A stretch of DNA of 63,370 bases, filler included, from Polymyxa betae A26-41 (GCA_003693705.1; 6 parts of 6 records of this genome joined end to end with filler, not necessarily neighbours in it); one strand, 5' to 3'. Shown: positions 23,501 through 36,772, counted from the whole stretch's first letter. Notes: a model not told the origin generated them from the sequence alone. A program made the numbers and translations.

Positions 23501-26500
23501 CTAGCACATAGTCACCCAGACCGAAATTCGGTTCCCTGCGATACTGGTTCGCAGTCTTCTTCGCGGCGCGCTGTTTTTGCGAGGCCTCATCTGCTGCCTT
23601 ATGCAATCCTTGAAGTGCTTTAGCCAGATCATCTACATATTTCTGTATATCGGTCTTCGACATTGGAGATTTAATAAAATTTACTTTCTCCGGATTTTTA
23701 AAAATTTCCTCAAGCGGGTTACCTGCTGGTAGTCCCGCCATCACTGTTACTGGAGCATTTCCGTTAAGCCGGCTCTGCGGCCTATGATTTAGTGTGTGCT
23801 CAACGTTTGCGTTCAGCCACGGCCAGTACTCCTTATCCCATCGTAACTCTGATAACAGTGCACGTATCAGTGACAAATAACACTTGTTTATCACTTCAAT
23901 ACTTCCATTATTATAATGCCCATATGCAGTTGTTATGTGCTGTGTAATTTTACATCTCTGAGCAAATTTCTTCATTGTCTCTGAAACGAAATACGAGGCC
24001 ATATCCGAGACCAGAATTTCGGGGGTCCCGAACAGCGCTCTCCATTCCAAAAGTGCGTCAACAATAACCTCCGTATCGGGGATTTTAGACGGGGTTATCT
24101 TCACTAGACCTGATAGGTCATCCCTGAGAATGAGATTCCACTGGTATTCGTGCATGCCATTTTTCTTAATAGGCCATATATAAATCCAATCCTTATGGAT
24201 TACTATACTTTATTACACTTTGATGCATGAATCTGTGTACCTAATGGCCTGGGAATTCTCACCCCTCCTCTAGTTGGCAAACAATGCAAACACGCATTAC
24301 ACAGCGTTCGCATGTCTTCAGCGCAATTCTGCCACTAAAAATATTGCGATAACTTCTGCGTAGCGGCCTCGAAACCCAAATGGCCGCTATTACCGCCGGC
24401 GTGCGCAATGATACATAGTCTAATCTTCAAATCATCAGCTTCTTTGGGTAGAATAATCTTCTTTTTATCATGCGTAATCATTAACCCATCTTCATTATAC
24501 CTAGGGTTTTTTATAACTAGCATTTCTTGTGCCTTTTCAATTTCTTGAACAGACGGCCAGACAAATTCAGGCCTTTGTAACGGGCGTACCCGTGCTTCAT
24601 CGGGAATCTGAAGGCGCTTTGTTCTTCTAACTACTATAGTTTGACCTTCTGAACTCGGACTGGCTCCCCATCGTGTCATGAGGTCAGCCCAATGATTATC
24701 TTCGCCTTTTATATGTTCAAATAGATAGCGAAATTTCTGCATCTCCAGAGCCCATCTTTGCAGTTTCTGCGCAGTCGGTTTTGTAACCTGGTGCGGAGAA
24801 AAAATTTGGATAAGGTTTTTATGATCACAAAAAAGTTTAAATGGCTTCTTCATTTGTAATAATTATTCCAATTTCTGCATTGTGTCCTTTATCGCAAAGC
24901 CTTCTTTTTCGGCTACTGACCAGTTCAATTCAGACCCGTTGAACCTGTGTCCTACGAAGCCTAATGGCTCGTGCCTCTGTAGTTGAACTTGTTTTCCAAG
25001 TCCTCTACCGGAATTTGAATGACCAAACCCGATGTATTGTATTCATTCGCATCAGTAAACATGCATTGAATCATGTCTTCTCTTGGGTAAGCCAGCTTTG
25101 TACGCCTCGCTATCGCATTCTTCAACTTTTCAAATGCAAGCGCATGCCGAGGACTCCAACCGTATCACATTAGACGAGCCTGTCTTGCAATGCTTTCCGT
25201 CCGTCCAGGTTGGCTCTTCATGGCGTCTTCAAATATGTCTTGCAGACATCGCACGATCGTATTATAGTCAGGAATCGAACGACTCATCCACTGCGTAGTC
25301 ATCAAAAACTGCTGTAAGTCCCTCGCTGTTGTGGGCTGCGGGATTGCTACTAGTGCTTCAATTCTATCCAGTTCGTGAGTAACCCCATCAGGAGAGAATA
25401 TTCTTCCGCAAAACTTAGCCGTTCTCGTATATAGTTCACATTTCTTCACGTTAAATTTTATGTTACTCATTACAGCTAACTTTAGTGTAGTCTCTAATAC
25501 ACGAAACCATTCTTCCAATGACTTTGCATGTCCTAAATGGTCATCAATCCATACAATTAACGACTGGTATATTAGGGTTTTGAATACCAAGGCCATCCTA
25601 GCTTGAAATTGTGTCGCTGAATTCAGGGCTCCCTCAATGGACCTTCTGGGTGTATAAATTCCTCTATCTGTCATAAACGAAAACATTTCCTGACAGTCTT
25701 CAGACAACGGCATCATCCAGAAACCTTTAAAGGCATCCAGTTTCAACCAATACCTAGATCCTGCCAAATGATTGACGATTGATTCTAGGAAAGGCATCGG
25801 CCATGCCGTACTTTCACTGACGGCGTTAACTGCGCGTAAATCGACGCACATGCGCTTTCCCCCATCAGCTTTCTTGACTACTACTACCGGCCATTTCGAA
25901 TTAGGGTTTTCATTTATTAGTCCATACTGTAGCAGTGCTTCAGTAAAGTTCTTCAAAAATTCTTTGTCTTCAGGTTTGTATTGCCGCGCCTTGCATTTAA
26001 ACGGTGCGGTATTTGGCTTCAATTGCGTAACGAAGGGCGTTACGTTAGCAGGCTGATCAGGTCCTAACTTTGTTTGCCATGCATCCTTATAACAGTATAC
26101 CAGACGTTTCAGTTTATTACGCCATTGTAAAGGTAAACCGTTATCTACTGCTCTCATCAGCATTTCTTCAATTTCAGGCTGCGTTTTTGTGTGGTCCGCG
26201 GGTCCGCCAATTGTTGACTCTTCAAATTGACCCCCGACTCTTCTTATTGTAGTCGATGGTGCCTCTTCGGCACTCTGGGCTATGCCCTCAGTCGTACTGG
26301 CCCGTGTGCGCAGAATTAGTGCGTCCAGCGCTGTTTTCGGCTCTATACCCGGTTCTTTAAGCATGTCGCTCCCTAGGATAATCTCATCACTAGGGACATC
26401 CCATATCAGGCATTTTCTGCGCCGTCTCACGACTTCACCGGCGCATCTCCGTAACGAGATATCGACGGTTAAGGCATCCGTGGCTATCACCTCTGTAAGG

Positions 26501-29500
26501 TTATCACCTAGGCGTAACCTTACTGGCTGTGGTAAGCGCTCTCTTTGTATCGTAGGGTCCTTCTTCATTGCCTGTTCAGCGATACCCTTCGGAATGAGTG
26601 AAACCTCAGTAGCACCGCTATCTAAAATTGCAGGAAAGTACAAGCCTTCACTAATCCTTACTTCTACTAGTTGCTCTTCTTCACTCCTACTACCGATTCG
26701 ACACACTAAAAGATAATAAGAAGGTTTTTGAAATTTATTTTCCTTCTTCAAAAGCTGGTGAACTTCATCTTTTGATAACGTTTCAGGGCACAGAGAAGCT
26801 GGATATCCAACTTTTCCGCAGTTAAATAATTGTTTATTGCTGCCCTTATCCGCCGCAATCTTCTGTTTCTTCTCCTTTTTCTCATCCGCGTTTACAGGGG
26901 TTTCTCGGGGTCGACGCTTCCCCGAGCCCTTTTGCGAATCGAGTGCGTTATGGATTGCAATTACCTCTTCGGCCTTCTCTTCCAGTGCAATCCCGAAGAG
27001 TTTCGGGGAAGAGAGGAGTTTCGGTTGTCGCTGAAGGACCTTCTTCATTAACTCCTTGAGGCCTGCAGGTTCAGTAGCATTAAGTAAGTATTTTACCTTA
27101 CGCTTTCGACCCTCGTCTTTTTCAAACGCATCGCCGCACCCGTTCTCTTCGATCAGATCCTGTAGCCGAACCATCATGTCGATGACCCGTCCCCGCGGTG
27201 AATCGACCTTCATATTCATCTTCAGTCCGCGCAGTTTCTTGTCCATTGTGGTGTCGTTGGACTGTTCGGCGGCCATGAAAGTCTGTAACCATTCTACGAG
27301 GTCTTCGTCGGTTAAGTCATCTACGTTCACCTCCAGCTTATTCTCACCTATCCATTTTAGCAACGGAGGGTGAATCATCGATGCCAGAGATCGCGGGGCA
27401 ACCCCTGCGAACTCGGCCTCCCGGAAGACGCGCTGATATTTCTCACGGTCTTGTCGGAACTTCTGGATGCGGCTCCGATCCGGGATCTTCAAAGTCGGCG
27501 CTCGGTTGGTCTCCAGTACGGTGACTCCGCCAGAGGACGCGCAGCGCGTACCAGCTAGGCTGCGAAGAGAATCATGACGGCGATTGGTCTGCAGTTTCAC
27601 CAAATCGGTGTTGGCAGTCGCAATCAGATCAGGTGAGCCAGCACCCGCTCCGGCCGCTGCAGACTCCGCTTCCGCGTTGTCTTCTGCGTCATCAAGCAGC
27701 TTCTCTGCAGATTTGTCTTTATCAATGTCCATTGCCATGAAATCATCGACGACATCATCTCCGTAATCGACCGTTTCCTGCTCCGTTAGTTCCTCGGTGA
27801 GCACGACGGTCATTTCAACTAGAAGATATCTTTGTAGCAATCGTCTACTTCAGAGATCACACAAACGAATGCAGGTGAAATCAGAATGGAATCTCTTCCA
27901 TCCAGCTCGGTCCGGTTATTCCGCCACGTAGTCCGTAGCGGAGTCGGACCGATTATAGGGGTAGTTTATATATATATTAAAAGTAATGAATAGGTTTTTC
28001 GGAAAATTATTGTAATAATTGACACACTCCGTCATTGAAGACGTTCGCCTTAATGATGAAGAAGTGGTTCCTGAAACCATTCAAGAACTCCTCGCTCAAA
28101 GTTGGCAGTGCGAACGAGTCCAACATTGTGCGAGCGTTGCCGTCCTGGATCGAGTTGCATTGTCCTGGGTTGGTGATTGTCAACGAGGAGATCGTGCACA
28201 GAGGACTTCTGTGTAACCGGAACGTTCCAACGATGGCGACTTCTGTGGATGGCATTTGCGTGATGGAATGGAACAGTGGGGCAGAGGCTGGGCAACAGTT
28301 TGCCTGCGTGCTGTAACTCAAGATTGCAACTACGGTCAGCACAGTCCGAGAAGCGAATGACAGACTTGTGAAAGCTTGCCTCAGATGCCACGATGTCACA
28401 CAGAGGTTCTTCCGGGTCGTTTAGCACCTTCTGAACTGTTTTCAACATTAGTGTGGACGCCTGACTATCGCGGACAGGTCTTGCATCACGCATCAACCAC
28501 AACATGTGCTCGTGTCCTTTTTGTCGTTGCCAGTTATCAAGCAATTATTTACGCCGCCCTAGTCGAATTCAGTACTGGTGATTTGAGCGATTATTCTGGC
28601 ATCATTTCTTCGATCACTTCGCGTGTTCTACCAATGCTCGAACCAGCTTTTTTGGCCAACTCTCCATGTGAGGCTCTGCACCACGCAGTGGACAGCTCAA
28701 CAGTAAATTTGTGGAAAGTCGTTGGCCAAGGCGATACGTTTACGTCGTTCCACATCTCAAAGCGTGCCACCTTGCCATGAAATTGTTCCTTATGTTGTGT
28801 CGATGTGGAATCACACGAAAGGCGGACAGGACGTTGTTTCCAGGCAACTTAAGAACGTTAAGGTAGATTTCCGTTCGTTGACACCTCGCGGATACTTTTA
28901 CCTGCGATTCATCATGTCGGCTATCATCAATGCTCATCATCTTTACCGACTTCTAGAGAATGAACACAAACTCGGCAGCTTTGACAGTTATCAGAAATGG
29001 AAAAGTCACTTGAACCACGAACAATCGTTTCTTCAGTTCCTTGCGAGAATGGTTTAAGAATGGATTCCTTCGCCACGGTTTTTTCGGACAACACTTCCAA
29101 CGAAATCGTTGGACGCAGATCATCATTATCATAGTCGTCCCGTCAGCAGTCTGCCACAGGAGGACCTGCTCTAAGTGTCCCTAAATACCGAAAGGAGGAT
29201 TTCTATAACAAGCCAGAAAACGCTCTGGTTCGTTTGACCGTATCGGCAGAATGGCCACATGATAGGTCGTCGCTTTCCAGCAGACGTTGCGTGCTGTGCG
29301 ATGGAAGGACGACCGCCTTTTGTACAACATGCGATGTGAATATATGCTCGTTAGCACATCATCGACAGCGCAAATCCTGTTGGGAAAAATTCCATACAGT
29401 GGCAAAACTGCAGAAAGTCGAGCAGCCAGTTGCGACAGGGCATCGAGGCCGTTTAGGAAAGAGATCTCTCCCTCCCACTCCCACCAGTCAGCCACCATCC

Positions 29501-29940
29501 GATCAAGCAAATGCAAGCGGTATGCTGTTTCGCCCCATACAGTGAGGTTAGTAACAATAACTTTGCGTTAGGAGGAAGATCCCGGCGGCGACCTCGTTCG
29601 CCAGTGTCAAACTGACACGAACTGAGTCGAACTGAGGTGTCTCATGCTGTTTTTACCTTATCACAAATGAAATGATGAATATCTTAAGCGGCGGTATATA
29701 TTATATACCGCCGCATACAAATATGCGTGTTGTAAATTGAGCGAAAATGGTCATTATCGAGAGTGTTTGATAGCAAGCCAAAAATTTTTTTCTGTGCGAT
29801 TGTTGGTAGATCCAGATAGGAAATCTCCTGTTCTACACTCTATTGTTAGAATTTTTTTTCTGTAAACCCAATATTTTTCGAATTACGCTCACAAAATCGT
29901 TGTGGTATATAATATATACCACCAAGGAGTCCGATCAGGG
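20562..29940 (+). mobile_element. piggyBac-like DNA transposon whose transposase contains YqaJ-exonuclease and SAP inserts
   Basis: Ends CCCTGATCG...CGATCAGGG with CTAG/TTAG flanks and repeated GGTATATAATATATACC-type subterminal palindromes. Catalytic motifs LSIDDD, CLDRGH and WNHTKGGQD. C-terminal RRCVLC...TTAFCTTCDVNIC...CWEKFH cysteine-rich domain. Intron at about 21825-21871; the ORF rejoins in frame across the Gypsy insertion. Confidence 0.82.
22412..28024 (-). mobile_element. Complete Ty3/Gypsy LTR retrotransposon with chromodomain (chromovirus), frameshifted
   Basis: 192-bp LTRs at 22412-22603 and 27833-28024 (about 6 differences by eye). ACTCC flanks both sides (offset by one base on the right). 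PPT GAGGAAGGAAGTG. Domains: gag, protease (ILDSGAT), RT (LDAFKGF, WIDD), RNase H, integrase (NGSIE, WRGPY) and chromodomain (LLVAWKGFSIEEDLWEP, 23055-23270). Confidence 0.96.
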
Positions 29941-31665
29941 TTAGGAAGCCTGCGATCGCTTCTAATTCCATACAATCGCTTGGCAACACTGCGAAGTCGG
30001 CGAAATCAGATTTATATTCAGCCTTGTACATCATCAAATCGATAATGTTTCGAGAATCGATGCAGCCCTTGATCATGAAATGGGTGGAATTCCATCGTGT
30101 TACCACATCAAGACGTGGGGGCTCTCGTTTTTTACCGTTTAATGTCTGGGATAATTCCCGGGATAGATCTCGTTTAACTTTAGATGAGCGAATAATCGAC
30201 AAAACTTGACGTAGGTTGGCAATCTTCCCAGAGATTACTTCAACTGCACTTTGATACCGAGCTGCAGTACGTGGACAATGCACTTGAGTTGCCAGAAGAG
30301 AGTGAGCCAATGCAATTTCAAACGAAAACCTTTACCTAATATGATGATCATGCCTCAGAACTGGTAATCCAGTCTCTTCGTCGACGAACATTCGCGAAAG
30401 GCATTGTGCTGCTTTGACAGCATCCGAGCCGTTATCGCTAACAGCAGCAAGTAGCTTTCCAGAAAGATTAAATGACCTTAAACGTAGATAAAGGCATTCG
30501 GCAATACGTTCACCAACTCCAACTCCGGGTAGAACTATAAAAAAGTCGAAGAGAATCGAATGCATTGATTTCGATTTTGGATCGCAAAAATGCATTGTTA
30601 CAGAGTAGAATCCTTTTAAGGAATCATTTGACCATCCATCGAATGTAAGTGAAACGCGGGCCTGAACCTTCGGAAAATAGGATTTTAACAAAGAACGGCA
30701 AACCGTTTACATCTCTAAAATGCTGCGCTTAACTGTTCGGGCAGATTTTGGTGTATATCCAGGACACAATGATTTCACCAGATCTCTGAACGGATCCGAA
30801 TCGGAAACAGAGTGAGGAAGTTGTGAGAGAACAATGACAGTAACCACTGCATTGTGAAACTTCGCGATTGCTTCTGGTTTTAACTTTGGTATAAAATGGT
30901 TTAACATTGGCTGGCGGGCCTGGCGCAAATTAGATACGCTGGACGAACTTGGAGTCGTAGCTGTAGCAGATATACAGTCCTGCGAGATGTTGTGCTTCTC
31001 AGATAAATGGGAAATAATGGATCCAGTTGATGCTGAAGAGCTATGAACCTAAAGAGACTATTAGGGTAATAAATAATCAAGATGGCAGAAAATAGGACAT
31101 GCCAGTGTACAATAATTACATTTCCTATGGCCATTTTCCAATTTCTGCCAATGATCGTGGCGCCACTTTTGTTTACAAACAGGTAAAGCGATTCTCCTCT
31201 TCGTGGGCGTGACCTCAGTAGCTTGTACGAGATCAACAGGCGATGCGCTGATGAGCTCTGCCTCAACGCTTGTTAAGCGTTGTCGGAGCCGGTCATTGAA
31301 TCGCAGCCGCAGGGCAGGGCCAAGGCAACGGTTGCTGTCGGTCCACACCAGAAAGCGAGTACCCACCCAAGTCCAGAAACGAATTAAGGAACAGTCGAAC
31401 ACCAAGGACAGCCCACACAAAAAGCCAGAACGCACTTTTAGTTGCAGACGTAACTTCTGCGATTTTCCGTGACTGTGCACAGTGTAAACCGGTTTGAACC
31501 AGTTTAAACCGGTTTCAGGAGATCAGAAACCAAACCAAACCGGAACCAGAGACATTCCAGCCAAACCAAACCAAACCAAACCAAATTTCAGTTTCCTAAA
31601 CCAAACCGTGGTTTTTGGTTTGGTTTTGGTTTGAACCGGATTAAACCAAACCATGCCGAGTGCTA

Positions 31666-32513
31666 CGTTATAGTCATTGGCATCAATGAACATGCACTGA
31701 ATTCGGTCCTCTCGCGGACACCCGAGCCTCGCTCTCTGCGCAGCGGCCATTTTTAACTTCTCAAATGCCAATGCGTGTTCAGGGCCCCATCCAAACTTCA
31801 TTAATCTGACTTGCCGTGCTACACTTTTCTTCCTGCTCGGCATTTTCTTCATGCATTCCTCAAATATTTGCTGAAGTTTATATACTTTCGAGTTAAATTC
31901 TGGAATTGATCGGCTCATCCACTGCACTGCCATTAAGAACTGTTGCAGATCCCTGGCTGTCTTCGGTTGTGGAATATTGAGCAGTGCTTCTATCCGTGCG
32001 GGATCATGCTCTACCCCTTCTGGTGAGAACACTCTTCCACAGAATTTTACTTTATTAGCGAACAGGTCGCATTTTGTAACATTAAACTTGATGTTGAACT
32101 TCTTTGCTATTTTTAGGGTTTCTTCCAAACTGTTATACCAATCTTCATAGTTTTTACAGTACCCTAATAAATCATCAATCCAGATAATCAACTTCTTATA
32201 CATCAGGTCTTTGAACACTTCTGACATTCTAGCCTGAAATTGTGTCGCTGAGTTCAGCGCTCCTTGGATGGATCTGAAAGGGGTATAGACTCCTCTATCT
32301 GTCATAAAGGAGAACATCTCCCTACAGTCTTCTGACAACGGCATCATCCAGAAACCTTTGAAAGCGTCCAACTTGAACCATATCTCCGATCCAGCCACCT
32401 GATTGACAATTGCTTCCATGAAAGGCATTGGCCAGACCGTACTTTCGCATAGAGCATTTACTCCACGCAAGTATACAGTCATTCTACGGTCTCCGTCTGA
32501 TTTCTTCACTACC
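31666..32513 (-). mobile_element. Ty3/Gypsy RT fragment (sister family of 22412-28024), cut by the hAT end and a gap
   Basis: WPMPFMEAIVN...KLDAFKGFWMMPLSEDC...IWIDDLLG, highly similar to ORF 25165-27840. Confidence 0.92.
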
Positions 32514-33605
32514 NNNNNNNNNNNNNNNNNNNNNNNNNNNNNNNNNNNNNNNNNNNNTTAATTAATTAANNNNNNNNNNNNNNNNNNNNNNNNNNNNNNN
32601 NNNNNNNNNNNNNATTAAATAGACCGGTCTATTTTTGCAGGGAATAGACCGCTGGCTATTCGAAGGTCTACGGAGTTGCGTGAGCGACATGACGGGAGTT
32701 CAATTCTTCTCGACTGTATTTTTGTTGGTTGTTTTTTTTGAGCCAAGAGTTCTGGGTCCTAACACCATCCATTTTTCTAAAAAAACGCTCACCAAGCATA
32801 GCGAAACGTCTCCGAAACACTTTTGTTCTATAAACAGGATTCTCTGCGCAATAATCTTGAAGATTCGCTGGAACCCGTCTTCAAAATCACGTCTGTGCTC
32901 CTGAAGAACATCCGGGCCTCAACCAGATCATCATCCACTCTATTATCACGTCGTTCTTGTTCAAACCATTACCCGATTATCGGATCCATTTGTATATTTG
33001 AACGTACAATAGATCGCGGGCGATTGGGAGCGGTGTGGCGATCTATATAAAGCTGGTCTATTTTAAGACCTTAGAATAGACCCCACGCGGTGGAGATGCT
33101 CTTAGGCCATTTTTAGGCCAATTGTCAAGGAAAACTGCGCCCACGGAGATTAGGCCATTTTTAGGCCGTAGGCCAATTTTACGCCAAATTCCATTCTCCC
33201 TTTCGAACGAGGTAGGCGTGTTCTCACGACAGCCCCGGACTGCGAACGTGCCAAAGGGCTGCGCGACTTCCTCCGTGTACATCTCCGCCACGGAGTTGTG
33301 ACATACTGATCCCCTGTCACTGACTTCAGATGAAAAGTTTCATAAAGATTCACTGTATCTCTTCGATCAGCCCCTTCATCATCAAAGGGGTTAAGCTAGG
33401 GTTTAGGGTTTCATACCCCTCCTGTCAGTGGAGCTTACACGTATGGGCGCTTTCCGTGGCAGGCTCCCTCCGCTAGCCGTCTATAGAGAGTTTTGTCCAA
33501 CTTCCAAAATTAGAGTGTATAAACACGGGTCATCCAAAGTCCGTGAAGTCCGAACCCGGTCCTGATTCGATCCAGCACGTCCTTCATAGCGTTTGTCCTG
33601 ACGCC

Positions 33606-34888
33606 ATGACAGCGTTGTTGGCTACAACGTTGATTCTGGTGGGTGTGTCTGCGATGGCCCTCGAGATCTCCGGACCCCGATCAGAGGGCAGCCAGAATCC
33701 GAAGCCTGTCAGCTTCTCTCCTAACGAGATCCTGGAAGCTGTCGTCTTCTATACCCGGCCGGACTCGGTCCTAGCTGCAAGGCTCGCGCTGGTCGACAAG
33801 GCCCATTTTCAATTAGTCCGGGACACCCTCCGCCTTACCCGGATCATTATCCAGCTACCGACCTCCCGAGACGAATTCATCCGCGACATCAATGGCTGAT
33901 CAATATATGCAGAGATCAGTGTAATTTCGCATTCTTGAGCGATCTCTTAACTGAAGAGGCTGCGCCTCTGTTCATGTATAGGCTCCTGTCGAGCGCTCTA
34001 CATAATCCTGAAGTGATCATGAACCTATTCGACGTGATCGGACAAATCGAATCCGTGGCCGAACTGACCCCCGGTTGGGTCGTTCTCATGGACCGCCACT
34101 TCTGGCTGAAAGATTTAGATGCAGAAGATCCCATCAAGCTGATGTGCCTTCATCTACTGAGAAGAACTCCCGTTCATTATGTCTATCGCTCTATCAGTGA
34201 TATTCCGTCTGATATTCTCAATACAGTCCGGCAGTATGAGGGCCTGACTCCTGTCAACCTTCAGATCCGTGGGCGGCTTCCGGACCCGTTCACAGGGATA
34301 AACCCGATGGCAGCACACGATGTCACCACCGTCATCTCCAACGATCATGGTCACCTTATTCGATCACGGCCCGTACTGGCCCGGAAACTGTTTTTCCTCG
34401 GGACGCCGTTCAAACTGGACGAAACGGAGATCAAGGAGTTCACGGTCACCGACCTGCGCGCCCTGCTGCCGTTCGCCTTTTTCGTCGACTTGGCGCTCGC
34501 CTACCAGATCGACGATCTGATCGAATCGGGGCGCTCTGATCTCATCTCCGTCATATTGCAGTCGTAGGCGTTCTGATCTCCACCTTTTTCCAATTTCGAA
34601 ACCAAGTGCTGCTATCTCGATCAGATCGTTCGCTCTCTGATCATGGCCGAGGGCCAGCATGACTTGCTTCGTGTGCTGATGAAAGCGCCGCTGCCGAACG
34701 GCTGGGTTGCCCTAATTGGGTCGTGGTCTGATGGGTCAATTCTACACCGTGCAATAAAGGCTGGGAATGCGGACGCTGTTCGTGTTCTGCTGGAGTTCCC
34801 GGACTTGATTAAGACCGATATTGTCGATAACTTCGGTCGGACTGCTCAGTCTTATACTGAGTCAGGTTCTGAGATTGAACACTCGTAA
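33606..34888 (+). pseudogene. Secreted F-box-like + ankyrin protein, copy 1
   Basis: Signal peptide MTALLATTLILVGVSAMA; SPNEILEAVVFY...LAARLALVDKAHFQLVRD; C-terminal ankyrin SILHRAIKAGNADAVRVLLEFPDL...DNFGRTA. Frameshift near 33893 and TAG at 34565 (GAG in copy 2). Confidence 0.8.
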
Positions 34889-36772
34889 ATCCATGTTTAT
34901 TTCTGTAATGATTAATGTTGACTATCTGAGACATGATCAAGCCCAGATCTCATGTCTTCATCACTCAATATCATGCATACAGGAACTTCATACATTGCCA
35001 TACGAATATAAGTTCACAAATTCTGTAGTCCAAGACGTAGCTGGGAACCTTGCTAAGCTTCAGCAGTACAATACAGTAGAACTGAACTTTGTCCTGAATC
35101 AGACGAAAGAGGTCTCGGAAAGCGACCACATTGACGACCATTAAAAAAAGTGGCTTCAATCGTCAAGGAAATCCAGCATGACCGGATTCTGTTTTCGATA
35201 AAATCTGCCTTTTGTATATAATGTCAATTGTAACCACTTATTTGCAAAAATCAACAAGTTTTATCATAAAAATGCAGATCTTTTATCCAGGCTAAAATCA
35301 GCCTTTCCTTCCCTATGTGGCGAATATTAGTTATTCTATTCTTTTGTAGCAAGGATGTTCGCTTGCCCTATCCTCTCGAGCGTATTCGATCAATCAGCTG
35401 TGTCCCGTTCTCCTCAGGCTTCCTTTCATAGTTGGATCTAGGATTACCTTGGCAGCACACAGCGAACCATTAACATGAGCTGCGGATTGCACCATTCATC
35501 ACGTTACAACACGCTGATTTAGGAAAACAAACTTGGATTTGGCCTCAACTCTGCATATTCAAATTTGCTTCTGAATTCTGTTATCAAATCCCGCAGATCT
35601 CAGTGTTACTATAACTATCAAATTAATGACGATCTGCTGGGGCAGCCTGGCGTCCACGCTGCTCTGCTCAGATCGCCCTATCGTTATTTGACCTGATTCA
35701 GACCCTGTAACATATTTCCCATCTCTGATGACGACCATTATGACATGATGATCCCATGGGATGATTTTATGTGTTGGCTTTGATCCGAATCCACCTCTTT
35801 ACGATGGCAATGCCCATAAGGAGTCAATGAGACCAGCAGCATGGCAAGAAGCACACCGGTGACGAGGCCATAAAACCTAAAAAAAAAACACAGCAAGAAG
35901 ATTGATTAATTAGGAAAGGGAAATCTGTGAAAATTGAGGGATGCTCTCTCTGCGTATGGTCGTACTGACTCCAAACAAGATCATGACAGAGGTTGACATC
36001 GTCTGCCATAGGCTCGGTATCACGGCGTCAAATACCACGTAAACCCTAAACCCTACTACATGGACCTCATATTTTGGGATATCCGGACACCGCCACGGCC
36101 AGTCCACGTCCCTGTGCTCGTATTGGTACCTGGCGGGGCCTTCAGGACAGGTGGTGGCTCATGGCCATTCTAGGGCGGCGCCGTACTGGCTCTTCGGTTC
36201 GGGATGCGTTTTTCTGTCAGCGTACTGATCTGGAATCGTGGCTCTGGGTTTCCAGCCTGAGCCGAAATACCATTGAGATGAACAGAGCACCTTCAGACCC
36301 AAAATGATGCTGACAACAAAGGAAGCCCGTGACAGAAAACCACATCTGTCCGGCAATAGGCAGGTCCTGGCCAAGCCCTGTGCTATACAGTAATCGACAA
36401 TTGCTGGACTTGGACGGATGGAAGGCTGCGCGCCCGTCGACAGAAAGAACCCTTTTTCCCGCTTCAACGTGTTCGATTATCGAACAGCGGAGTCAGGTTC
36501 TGGATGAGTATCATTGAATGGATCTCTCCCATTTCCATCTTGAAGTCTAAAACGTTTGGATGGAGGCCGCACCCAAGATGATGCCTGCCCGCACAAGATG
36601 CAGCAACAAACACTTAGCCCCAAGTTCCAGGATCGTACTGGCCCGCTCTGGTGGTGTCAAGTGAACCGGGCCTGTCCGATTAGACGGAGTATTGTCAGCA
36701 TAGAACGGTGGCTGCAAACGACGTGACGGAGACGGGTCATCAATAAACAACCAAACGGAGTTGTATTGTACT

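Larger units (their letters stand above)
19413..31665 (-). mobile_element. hAT transposon, interrupted by a piggyBac-like insertion
   Basis: TIRs TAGCACTCGGCAYGGTTTGGTTT at both ends, with AAACC subterminal arrays (19420-19585, 31480-31652). Minus-strand fragments: BED-like WQKLENGHRKCNYC, VSLTFDGWS, VSDNGSD, RLDVVTRWNST (29941-31200) and the dimerisation motif AIPASSVPAER (about 19790-20010). The 8-bp flanks do not match. Confidence 0.9.

Noticed and set aside
25772-27766. Several + strand ORFs inside the Gypsy element
   Set aside because: Antisense shadows of gag-pol with no independent motifs.
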